DNA of 64,000 nucleotides, from NCBI GenBank assembly GCA_964252035.1, contig OZ176201.1; one strand, written 5' to 3'. A program made the translations under genes and the position numbers. The notes beneath the pieces are model-generated. The model saw only the letters and a list, made by a program, of their open reading frames with translations, was not told the origin of the DNA and searched no databases. Every line of letters starts with the position of its first letter. Within the stretch, counting starts at the first letter, position 1. Positions 1 through 10,931 of the stretch are shown here, piece by piece. The DNA comes from Podarcis erhardii (taxonomy: Eukaryota).

Positions 1-1046
1 ATACACAGTCATGCAGTGATCTCATAAACAGGGCAGACTCTGGTGAGACATGGTCAGGAAAACTATGGATTCTGTTTGCGTTCTTCTGGAAAGTAACAGC
101 ACCACTTTCCACTGAAGATCATTCAAACATTTTGTGTTACTTATTACTGGAGGTTATCTTTTGAACCTGGGGCTGGCTGAAAGTTGTCTTTTCCATAGAT
201 GGTTCCTCCACCCCCGATCCCCCTTTCTAAGTTGTAATAAAGAAATGAAAGCCAAAAAGTAAGTAAAGCAGCTTTTCTAGAGAGAGATACATTCACCCAG
301 ATCTGTATTGGAACCCAGTTGGTTGAACTGTGTGGTACTGATTAAATGGAGGGAAGAGCAAGAGACATCACCAGAGTTGGGTGCTTCTTCCATTACCTGT
401 GGTGTGGCTGGTACTCCCCCATGGCTTCCAGAAGAGCTGGTATGGAAATCTAGTGTTTCATTTCTAAAATGGTGCATGGAAGCCTATCCCTAACTTCAGA
501 TTTTGGAGAGGAGTTGCTCATGGTTCCTTGGTAGTAAAGGACTTAGTCAAGGTGAGTTCTCACTCTAATTAATCCATGGAGCAACAACAGTTGCTGGTTA
601 GTGTTGCCACTGGAAAAACCTAGCAGTATTTCCAAGCTTCCCAGTGGGACCACCTTTACAAGAGCAGAACATACTTATTATCTGTGATAATGAGTAACAA
701 TACCCAATTATTTCTGCTTGGGAAGGCTGGTGTCCAGTGTACTTCCTTCCTTGGTTCAAATATATGCAGAATAATTGGCTTTCTCAACATGAAGGGTGTT
801 TTGAAGGTGAAAGAAAAATGCAGTTGCTTCAGAACTTCACAAAGGCCGTAGTTACAGCAGAAGCAAAATTCAGTACACATAAAAACAGCTTATGTTGTTG
901 TGCTTGCTTGATTCTCCACTTCTGATCTAGTATTGTTGCTGTTTTTCATTACTTTTCGAAACCTTAGAGGGAACAGTTGTAAGAAATATTTGCTTATTTT
1001 CAGTGGAAGATATTGTATTCCCCGAAGCTCACAGAATCACACTGCT

Positions 1047-1333
1047 AAGTATGTAAGAGTCCTTTGGATCATACCAAAGGCCCATCCTGTCCAGCATCTT
1101 GATTTTCACCGTGACCAGTCAGATGCTTAAGAGACGCCTACAACAGAATATGAGCACAATAATTAACTCTCACTTGTTTCCCACAGCTCTGGTATTTAGA
1201 GGTAGACTGCCTCTGATCCTGGAGTTAATCAGGATCAGCTATCCCGATTAGCAGCATTCGATAGCCTTATATCATCCATGAATTTGCCTAATCTCCTTTC
1301 AAAGCTAAGTTGATGGCAATTAGCACAACTTGT
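1047..1333 (-). mobile_element. CR1-type LINE 3' fragment
   Basis: Reverse-complement similarity to 58445-58704 (cccatcctgtccagcatc, cagatgc, actgcctctga, gatagccttat...ccatgaatttgcc). Confidence 0.65.
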
Positions 1334-1387
1334 TCATCCTGTTTCAACAGAAGAGACTGGCATAAGGTGAGTAGAAGTTTACAAGAG

Positions 1388-4300
1388 TTTATTTGACAGA
1401 TGTCTGGATTTAGTCCTATCAAATGGATCCTGCACAGTTACATACTGCTCCTGGTTCAGTTGTCAGCCCATCTAACAAATAAAAGAAAACGGAGGGAGGG
1501 GGAATAAGAAAATCCACAACTTTTTTCCCACAAGTCATTAAATATATTCATATATATAACCATAATATATTAGTATGCATTGTAAAGAAACATTGCCCCA
1601 AAACTATATGTAATAGTCATAACTAAACAACATTTACAATTCATGATATTAACAGGAATAATCAAAACACAGCTGATTCCCCCCCCCCCCCGCGTAATAG
1701 GGGAAAGGTAAGATGACCAAGGGAATGAGCATACAATGAACCAGCTAAAACAAAACATAAAATGGGGAGGAAGCCATTGTTCAATGCTACTCATGAGTGG
1801 TGATTGTTTTGGCATTTCAGCTGCTTCTCAGAATGGTTTGTGTTGCCCTTTTACCATGTCAATGTAGAGCTTGGAATGTTTCTCAAGAAGACCTTGAATG
1901 TAGTCTGCTGTGTGGCACTCCTAGAGCAGGTGCAAGGCATCAACTTCCTTTTTTTGAGATTCATTTAAATACTAAATTTGGTGGTAGTTTTACTTATTTT
2001 CTCAACTGCAAAAAAAAATTAGTTCTTTAGGAAACTACGACTTGCCATTCTGCTTCCTAAACCACCACCTTTGCTGGGCTGTTCTTGCTGAGTTCTAGTC
2101 CCTTAAATTTTGGCTGTGAAACCAGCAGGAAAGGATTATTGACCTTCTCTGTTATGAAAGGTTGCCTAACTGAGTGTTAGCCTCCGAATAAAAAGGACAA
2201 CCCTAAATGTAAGAGACAATCCTGACCATATACTACCTCCTAAACACATTTGATGGTGTAGAAAATAAGTAGCCCCAAGTATGCTGAGGCTGTGTTGCTG
2301 TATTTCTGTTTTAGAGAAAAAAGAGAGAGGGGTTCTAGAATGTAAGCCAACCCCCCCCAAATATAACTCCTTTTATTTCATAGTCTACTGATTGAAGCTG
2401 AAAGTCTCTCTGACTCTCCTATATGCTCATTGCAGTATACCTAGACAGGTAAATTCTTTAAATGTGGGATGTGCAAAACAAACCCTTAAGCCTGCCAATA
2501 TAGATGACAAGGAAAAGGCTTTTCTTACTAATTTGGGATGAGGAGAAAGTAATCTAAAAAATTACATTTCTGGTTAATATACAGTTTCTGAGTTCTAGCC
2601 TATTTTACATTTTGTACTATACAGTCAGCATTCTTGGTTTTCTCTATAAGCCCCACCCCCTTGGCTGCCTTTTGCTATCTTGGTGTCTCCATGCCCCTTT
2701 ACATCTCTCTAGGATATCGGTGTCCACTATGGAAGCGCAGGTCATTTTCCAGCTGTCTTATAGGGGATTGGGCAAACGGTGAGGGTATCTGTTTGTAAAC
2801 ATTGTTTTGAGGAATTATTTAGTGGTTATCAGTACTAATTCCCAAAACCAAACATAGAACTGGCTCCTGAATGCTCACAGGAATATATATGTGCTGCTGT
2901 GTAGTTAAGATGCAGAACAGAACTGTCAAGGGGAAACGACATCACACCAAGATCTGTATTGTAGCCAGAGAATTCCATATGGAAAGCGAGGAACGAGAGG
3001 TTTGTGTCAAGGAGAAGGATGCACTCGTCAGGCTGAGATGGATTTTTAGGAGCTTTGATTTTTCTTTCTGAATTTTCAGTCTAGGATAAAACTTTTGTCA
3101 GACTACTAAGCACGTTATATGAAAATCAAATTGTTTTCTGTTCAATGCTGGAACACTAATGAGAACACAGACAAAAGCCCCCCTCCTCCCTGTTACCTTT
3201 AGGACACACAGAAAATATGCAGTCACTGAGCTACCCCACAGGGCACAGCTCAGAGAAGAGTCTGAACCTGACTAAGTTACAGCTTAGGCAGAGTATCTTT
3301 ATACCCTGTTTTACCCAGGCTGTGTGACTTGTAAAACCCCTGCTTTCCATTGATTTTAAAATAAAAACCAGGCTTTTCGAAGGGCTCTCTGTTTTCTTTA
3401 GTGTCTAGGTTCTATATGAAAAATAGATGCAATTTTGAGAGGAATGTTTAAAAACATTAATTAAAAAAAAATTCAACAGTAGCAAAAGTGAAGATAAACA
3501 GAGGGTTTCAGTTCAGCTTTAAACCCAATTACTACTTAAAAAATGAACGTTCCATACAGGAGTACCTACCTCACCACTGATGTTTATCACTAGTGGGCCT
3601 GCATTCAGAGTCTATATCGGTGCTAAGATTTTACAGGCCGCTCTTTCAATACAGTACGCTTCAACATGTTGCTAACACAAGAAAGCTGATGGCATTTGAA
3701 GAGTTTTGAGCAGTGGTTTTCAAATTCTGGTCCTAGGAATCCTAGAGTTCCTTAGAAGGTTATTCAGGGTTTCTCCTGATGAGAAGCAGATCCTCTTCGC
3801 TCGCATTGCACAGACTGAGTAGAATGCTGGGTGGGCTCTGGGGAGCGTCTCTCAGGTAGGCCCAACGAGCATGGCGGACATTGCACAGCAACAGAGTGCA
3901 CAGTTCCTCAGCAGACAAATCAGTGTAGAACAGGTATCCTGAAGATAAGAAGCTCGAAAACCAATGACCTAATAAGATGCAGCTTTTCCGGAGTTACTTA
4001 CTTTGGTTCTGTCATGCAGCAGAATGAGGTGGTAGAATCTGGAGGTGATAAAATGGATTGTACTACTCGTGGGTGAGAAAATAACCATTTTGAATGCTGC
4101 CCGGCATGCAAAATTTCCTGCAAGTTTTTTTAAAAAGGAAACAAACTAGCATGTCAGGACAGTTCTAGCTCTTCCTGCTGTGCTACTTTTCTACATTCAG
4201 GGAGTATTTTATGGAGGGAGTCACTCTAAAATATAGAACCCCACTATCTATATTATGTTACTTAATTTCACAGTATGAGTAGATCAGGGCAGTGTGTGGC

Positions 4301-5263
4301 TGAAAGAGGACATGGCGACAAGCCCTTTTTGTTTCAGTTATTGGCTTGGCTCTTTTTTGTCTTCTATTTTAGTAGGTTAACTAATTCCCTCTGAATCTAA
4401 AATGAGAGTCAGTATGAACAACACTGATAAATGTACCTCAGCTGTGAGAATGTTCTGCATATTTCTTTTTCAGCAACTAGGTTCATATAAAGAAGTGGGA
4501 GCCCAGAAACTCTCAACAGTGTGCAGAGCAATTGAGTCAGAGCACTTCGTTCCCACCCCTTGCCTTCAGCCAGGGATCCTAACTCCTGTCCCCCCTATTC
4601 TCAGCTTCCCCGGCATCTGGCCACTTTACACCTATTTGTGCTACAGTTTGTTTTATGGTAGTTTATGTCATTATATAAATATTGTCAATTGCTATAAAAC
4701 AAGGCAAAACCACTGGAAAATGTCATTAAAAGGATGTTTCCATATTTCCTAATAGGAAACATCTTGGGGAAGTTTGTATTTTGCAGAGCAGGCGTCCCTG
4801 AGCTCACGCGTGAACCGCCTGCCTAGACAGTCCTAGTTTGCAAGTTAGGGCTGATGGGAGATTTGCATGAGTGGAACAAAAATCTCCTTCAAATGGAAGT
4901 TAGGGGAAGGAAAGCGTAGAGAGCTGCTGTGGGAGTGTTTGAGAGGGCATCACCTTTATTCTAGGTATGTTATTGGCTGCAAAACATACATTTTGGGTTC
5001 TTACAAACATGAGTTTCCTTGCCCAAAGTGACACTCCTTGCTCCATGTAAGCATTAGCAACACTTTTGTTCTTTTGTGTCTTTCCCCACTTGGTCTTCCC
5101 TGGAGCAGGTATGGTACACATCTTGGTCAATTCATTCCCTGCAGACAGAGCCAGCATACAGGACTGTCTGCTCAGCAACCCTCCTGGTAAAAGAGAGAGC
5201 ACTGAATGGATCTTACACTGAGATATTAATGACCATTGCTGTGGAGAGGCACAAAAGTGGGAG

Positions 5264-5300
<37 letters not shown>

Positions 5301-6421
5301 GAATCAGTTTGAATCTATGAATGGTAACTTTTGCTTTCTGCTTTTGAGATGAGTATTGATAGTCTAGTGGGTGTCTAAAGAAGTTATTACTACTTAAAAT
5401 TATAGACAGAGTTTATTTCATTTCCTAGTGAATGCATTTAAAAATAATAATAATATTCCAGTGGTCTCAGGGTAGGGCTATGTTCACAAAAGCAGCAGTG
5501 CAAGGACAACTCCTAAAAATCCGAGTCATTTATATTTGACTAATTCTTTAGATTACCCATTAGATCGGTGGTGGTCATGTTTTCAGATATTGCTATTAAG
5601 TAATTATTATTTCAATTGCTCCATCGATACTTCATAGCTGTCAGCTTTCTTTCCTTAGCAGAGTGCCTTTTAAAGTCAGGCAATAAGACCTTAGTCTGGG
5701 GCTGCATTTTCAAGAAAGCATACCCCTCTACTGACTGCAGGGTAAGTAGCTTATATCTCTGTGAACTTTCATTAGATTCTTATAAAAAGGTGACCCAGTC
5801 CATTAAATGCTGCATGACAGATAAGGGATGAGCTACTCAGGCTGCTTGTTTGCTGTTCATTTGCTTGTAGCCCCAGAAATTGGTTTCAAGCCATGATCCA
5901 TACGCTCCATCTTTCCAACCAATAAGAACATGATTTAATCTCCTTTGGAGGAGATGTATTCAAAGGGCAATTTCTGTGCAACTTCAGCATCTCTCTTTAT
6001 ATTTGCTTCAGTGACAGGTTGAGTCCTTTCTGTGCCTAGACTTTAAGACTAGTTGATGTTAGAGAACTTAAGGCAGTTGGTCATTCTTCTGATTAGACAG
6101 AAATAAAGAGAGAAGGAAAGTCAAAGGGGACGATGGGAACTAGTAACTGGCCTAACATTTGTTACTATGGTGAGTAGGGTCTCGCATGGCTGTCCTTCTC
6201 TAAAGTTGTCACTTCTCACTACATTTTGTGTTTTTTCTGTATTGTGAGGTACATAATTGGCATGTCTCACAGAAGTTATTAACCCCTCCTTTGCCCCCCA
6301 CCCCGTCACACATAATGCAAAGTGAGCGTCTTGCCAGTGACCCTAATCCCATTTGCGTCTGCTTCAAGTCCTACGCAAAGCAGTATGTTCAGTCTCTCTT
6401 CCCATCTCCAGTTCTCTCCCC
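1388..6421 (-). other. NTN1: Probable NTN1 3' UTR; distal end uncertain
   Basis: Sequence follows the stop codon. Candidate minus-strand AATAAA hexamers (tttatt on +) noted at 5412-5417, 4955-4960, 2372-2377 and 1388-1393. Which one is used cannot be told from sequence. Confidence 0.45.
5265..5298. repeat. (TG)17 microsatellite
   Basis: Seen directly. Confidence 0.95.
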
Positions 6422-6750
6422 CTAGGCTTTCTTGCACTTCCCCTTCTTTTCCCGTTGCTGGAACTTCCTCAGTCGCCTAGCCCATGTGTCCCTCCACTGT
6501 ATAACAAGGCTGCTTTTGTCTGCCACGATGCCGTTCTGGTCAGGGGAATCCTCGTCGTGGCCCAGCAACAAGTATTTCTTCATGGGTTTGATTTTTGGGC
6601 ACTTGCAGGCAATGTCCTTGGAGCGTATCCAAAGGAACTGGTCACCGCGCCGTATCCGGTTTGTCCCTTGCTTGTACACAGAGATGATGTTGACTGTGAA
6701 CTTCCACCATTCTCCAGCCTTATCTGCTTTCAGGATGTGGATCTGGACAG
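6422..6750 (-). CDS. NTN1: Netrin-1 last coding exon (exon 7), NTR/C345C domain to stop
   Basis: Translates as (A)[40 protein letters not shown]...[20 protein letters not shown]. Acceptor ctgttcccag|CT, TAG at 6422-6424. 329 bp, includes an RGD tripeptide and a basic C-terminus. Confidence 0.98.
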
Positions 6751-9700
6751 CTGGGAACAGAAAGCCAAGAACAGGGACAATCAATTTAACACCCCAGTTC
6801 TCCTCTCAAGGACAAAGCAAATGTTGCTTGAACAGCAGTGGTTAACCAAGAGCAATCTAGAAATACGCATGAAGGACGTCACATTGCTGTAAATGACAGA
6901 CTTGTAAGTTACACAATAGAAATGTTCTTAATGTCCTTTATGGGGTAACTGATTTGATAGGGGGATGCTGGGGATGTAACTGCCCAGCTGCATTATGTTA
7001 CCTAGAAAAAGTGTGATATGTAGTAGATTCCCTTACAATGCCTTCTCTTTGGAAATTGACCCATTATATACATCTATTTTAAATGGGATTGAGTATTTAT
7101 CCAGTATTTTCAAATGGGTAGACCGTATGTATATAATCTGCAGATGAGAGGAGTTGCCTGTACTTCAGAGTCTGTTCCCAAACTGGAAGGTCATTGGAGG
7201 GGCAGTGGGGGACTATCGGCATCTGTCTGTCATTGAAGTAACTGGTCTTTTTGTCCTTGATAGATGGTCATGAGTTTAGTTTTAAGAGAAGAGTTGCCCT
7301 TACTTGTATTGCATTCCGATTTCATTTGATCCTGCCTATTTTTTCTGGAGTTGTGACTGAAATGTGCATTAGAGAGAAAGAGAGAAGCCATCCCATTTTT
7401 CCTGATTGTAATAAGTCACTTTCAGTTTGGTTAACTACTTTGTTCCAGTCTTTGCCTGCCCCAAGCAAATTGGCATTTGGGAATAATGTATCCAGCTCCC
7501 TTCTGCCTGTGGAGACAAGTCTCTCCCTGTCCAACTCTCCCTTCTTTTCATGCTGGGCATCTTGACCTCTGTGGTCTGTGCTAGTGTCCCACATTCCAAG
7601 TCTAAGTATGATGGTAACCGTTTCCATGTTTCCCTTACCTAGGGATTTGAGGCTCAATGAGAACTTTAAAAAAATAAATAAAATGTGAAGGAAGTCAGGG
7701 TCTTGTTTGGCTGAAGTCATGAAAGGTGGCCATGGTAACAAAAGGCACCCCTTTCATTTTGAGCAAAAGGTTGGGGGGAAGGGAATTAAAACCCACCAAG
7801 AACTTTGCCACACTGTTTGGGTTTTTGGCATGTACTGGGGCTAGCCTGTGAAAAGAATCTCGCTGCAATGCATCCCCACAGAGCAGAGTCCCTACCTTTT
7901 AACCCAATGCTTCTAGCTCATAAGCATGCAAGATTTGTCACACTGGGTAGGATGAATAGACTACCAGTCTACTGCCTTATCTCCAGTAGCAGCCAGTAAG
8001 GGTCTTTTAATAAAATGCCCTGCCTTCCTAGAAGTACTTGCGATAGTATACAGAAATGAAAAGGAAATCGGGTGACCCAGCGAAAAGTTTACAGATGGGT
8101 TAATCAAATCATAAGCATAGGCGCTGATAGACTAACCAAATCATCTCAAATGCACAAGATTTTCATGGTTAGAAAAACAGCCCCAACCTAAAATCTCAAT
8201 GTTCAGTGTTAGTAATGCTGGGTAGAAACCATTCACAGCTTTGCTTAAAATAAAGATGATATATGCTGCGCACCAATTACTTTTATTAAATTACCTTATA
8301 GGCTACAGAATCTTTATCCTAAATGGATACTAATACAAAGGTTGAGGAAACTCAGCTGAAAGACCTGAGCAGTACTCATGTAAGTCTCCAAAAGGACTGA
8401 CCTAGAGCTGGCTCCCCACAAACTAAGCAACTTCTTCTGGTGTGCCCCCTCCAAGTCTTGCTGTGGCATTGAACAGCTTCCCAGGATGGTCCGTTTTAAG
8501 ACTCACTTTCAGCTGGGGTTGCATAGTTCCTCCAGGCTTATCCATGGGCTTCACCCCTCTTGGGCTGCAGAGCAACTCCCCTTGTTTTGAGAACAACTTT
8601 TCTTTCACACAGAAAAAGTGGGCAATCAATCTGTAAAGTTCCTATGCTGTCAAAAGCACAATTTTGATGCGAAAATTGAAGCTGGCGACTGTTCAGCTCC
8701 ATCCTAAGTAGGCTAAGTACTGCTGAAAAGGGAAGTGGCTGTTTGAGAATTCTTCCTCTGCCAGATTAGACAACTGAGAGGAGTCACACCCACAGTAAAT
8801 GATGTGACAAGGGGGAAGATCTTAAATCATTTTGGAAAGCAGAGCATTGCTTGATATGTGGGAGTAGGGTGATTGTTGGCTGGAGTGCTTCAAGTTGTTG
8901 AAAATAAAGAGAGCAAGGGGTATTTATAGGAGGTTCAATTTAAAACCCAGTGAAGCTAAACTGATTTGGATCTTTGGTGTTCTTTTTTACAAGGTTGTGT
9001 TTCTTTATATTATTTTATTTATTTCATAAAATTCATACACCCTCAAGTGGTTTACAAAAAGATAAAACAATAAAGATGTGAAAAAATCACGACCATACTT
9101 TAAATCATACAAAAGTTAAAATACTAGAAGTTCCAAACTCAAGCATATTTGATCTTCCAGGAGGAAAACAATTCCTGCAATCTAAAATCAAGTGATGTTC
9201 CTTAACTCCACAATTATACTCTTCCCCTAGGCTGACTCTCAAAATTAACATCCCCATGTCTTACATTGTCAGGATCAGAAGGACAGCATCTACCAAGGCA
9301 TTGTGTGAATAGGGCCACTAGGAATTCTTATGCCATACCAACAACCTCCACAGGCCTCACCATTAACATGGATAGCAGGTATAGGAAAATGAGATGCACC
9401 GGAGTCTACTTAGTGTGGGAGCTGGCAGTTTCCTAGTATTCAGTAGGGAGGGGCAGGTGGAGGAAATTATGGTTCTGGTCTGGAGAAAAAGGGATAATGG
9501 CTATTAATTAACTCTGGAGTGCCAAACTCAAATGGACTGGAATGGGGAAAATACTTTGATTGGATTGAGGGGTTGGGGGGAGGATGAGGGAGCCAAGGGT
9601 TAACTTCTGAAAAGCAAGGTGCTGGGGTTCAAGCCTTCCTGTAAGCTTGGAAGTCTTACTCCTTAATCCTAGATATGTTGGGGCTTGTTCAGGTTGCTCT

Positions 9701-10192
9701 GCAGTGAAGGAAATACACTGAGAAAGTTCAGAGGCAAACACTTTTTATTTCTTCCACATAATGATCTGGTATCAAATTCAGGTGGAACTGCATTTTTGGG
9801 TTTGTTTCTTTTTAAGTGAGTCTGGTATCTGTATGTGGTGGGTGGTGAAGTTGGCCTTCTAATCCATTTGAGTTTGACATTCCTCTTTATTGTTTCCTTT
9901 GTGAGTGAAATTGCTTCATCGAGAAGCTGAGTATAATCCAATCAGTTTCATTTCCATCACTTCACTATTTAGCACCAAGAGGAGTCACTATAATTTTAAA
10001 TGGCTTCTTCTTACATCTGGGACCCTACCTGCTCTAGCAAATATCAGCAAACCTTATATGAATCTGACCACTATAAATATTTCCCAAACACCCAAGAGTG
10101 ATACAAATCCCCCCCCCCAAATTGGTTGACAGATCAATTTATGAACATTTTGGCACTGACTTTTCTTTTGCTTGGAGATCACTTGTCTCAAA

Positions 10193-10422
10193 TAGGGCTG
10201 CCATATGTCCAGATTTTCCCAGGCATATCCAGAATACTGCAGTTGGCAGCAGTGTCCAGGTGGAAATCGGGAAAATCAGGACATATGGCATCCCACGTTG
10301 CTGCTTTTCCATTAAAATAGTGATTTTGCCCAAGAAGCTCAACAACTTTGGGCCAAAAAAACCCCCTGAAACTCAACAACTTTTCTGTTCGGATTTTCAC
10401 TGTTTGAAATACGTCAACCCTA
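10193..10422. mobile_element. Non-autonomous hAT-type DNA transposon (230 bp)
   Basis: Ends tagggctgccata and tacgtcaacccta are imperfect inverted repeats. Perfect 8-bp TSD gtctcaaa at 10185-10192 and 10423-10430; an 8-bp TSD is characteristic of hAT. Confidence 0.85.
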
Positions 10423-10476
10423 GTCTCAAACTGTGATAATCTAAGGCACTGAATATTTTTAATTATACTTGGATTA

Positions 10477-10721
10477 CAGTGGTACCTCGGGTTAAGTACT
10501 TAATTCATTCCGGAGGTCCGTACTTAACCTGAAACTGTTCTTAACCTGAAGCACCACTTTAGCTAATGGGGCCTCCCACTGCTGCTGCTGCGCCGCCAGA
10601 GCCCAATTTCTGTTCTTATCCTGAAGCAAAGTTCTTAACCTGAAGCACTATTTCTGGGTTAGCGGAGTCTGTAACCTGAAGCGTATATAACCTGAAGCAT
10701 ATGTAACCCGAGGTACCACTG
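10477..10721. mobile_element. Tc1/mariner (pogo/Tigger-like) MITE, 245 bp
   Basis: Perfect 18-bp TIR cagtggtacctcgggtta / taacccgaggtaccactg, TA on both sides, repeated internal aacctgaa motifs. Confidence 0.92.
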
Positions 10722-10804
10722 TATATCTCAAGATGCTGCCATCAACTAACTGCTTTTTTAAAAAGCATATGCTGCACTGTCATGCAACCTCCCTGCTTCA
10801 CCTT

Positions 10805-10931
10805 GCAGTCCCAGTGCGGCACTGCTGATTGCAAACCCAAGACACAAAGGTCCGATCCCTGGCATCTCCAGGTGCAGAAGGAGAAGAAGTTTGCTTGAAA
10901 CCCTGACTGTGTAAGGCAGCTTCCTATGTTC
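10805..10931 (+). mobile_element. tRNA-derived SINE, second family, internally deleted
   Basis: gatccctggcatctccagg ... tgaaaccctg ... aaggcagcttcctatgttc. Confidence 0.65.

Noticed and set aside
1-1000. Exon of the neighbouring gene (STX8 lies tail-to-tail with NTN1 in mammals, from recollection)
   Set aside because: No syntaxin transmembrane-exon-like translation was seen; if synteny holds it is left of the window.
6425-6436. C-terminal CKKA as a CaaX prenylation signal
   Set aside because: The middle residues are lysines rather than aliphatic, and netrin-1 is a secreted protein.
6353-6892. 179-aa and 137-aa plus-strand ORFs, including the longest ORF in the window
   Set aside because: Antisense shadows of the NTN1 last exon, with no recognisable domain or independent gene signals.
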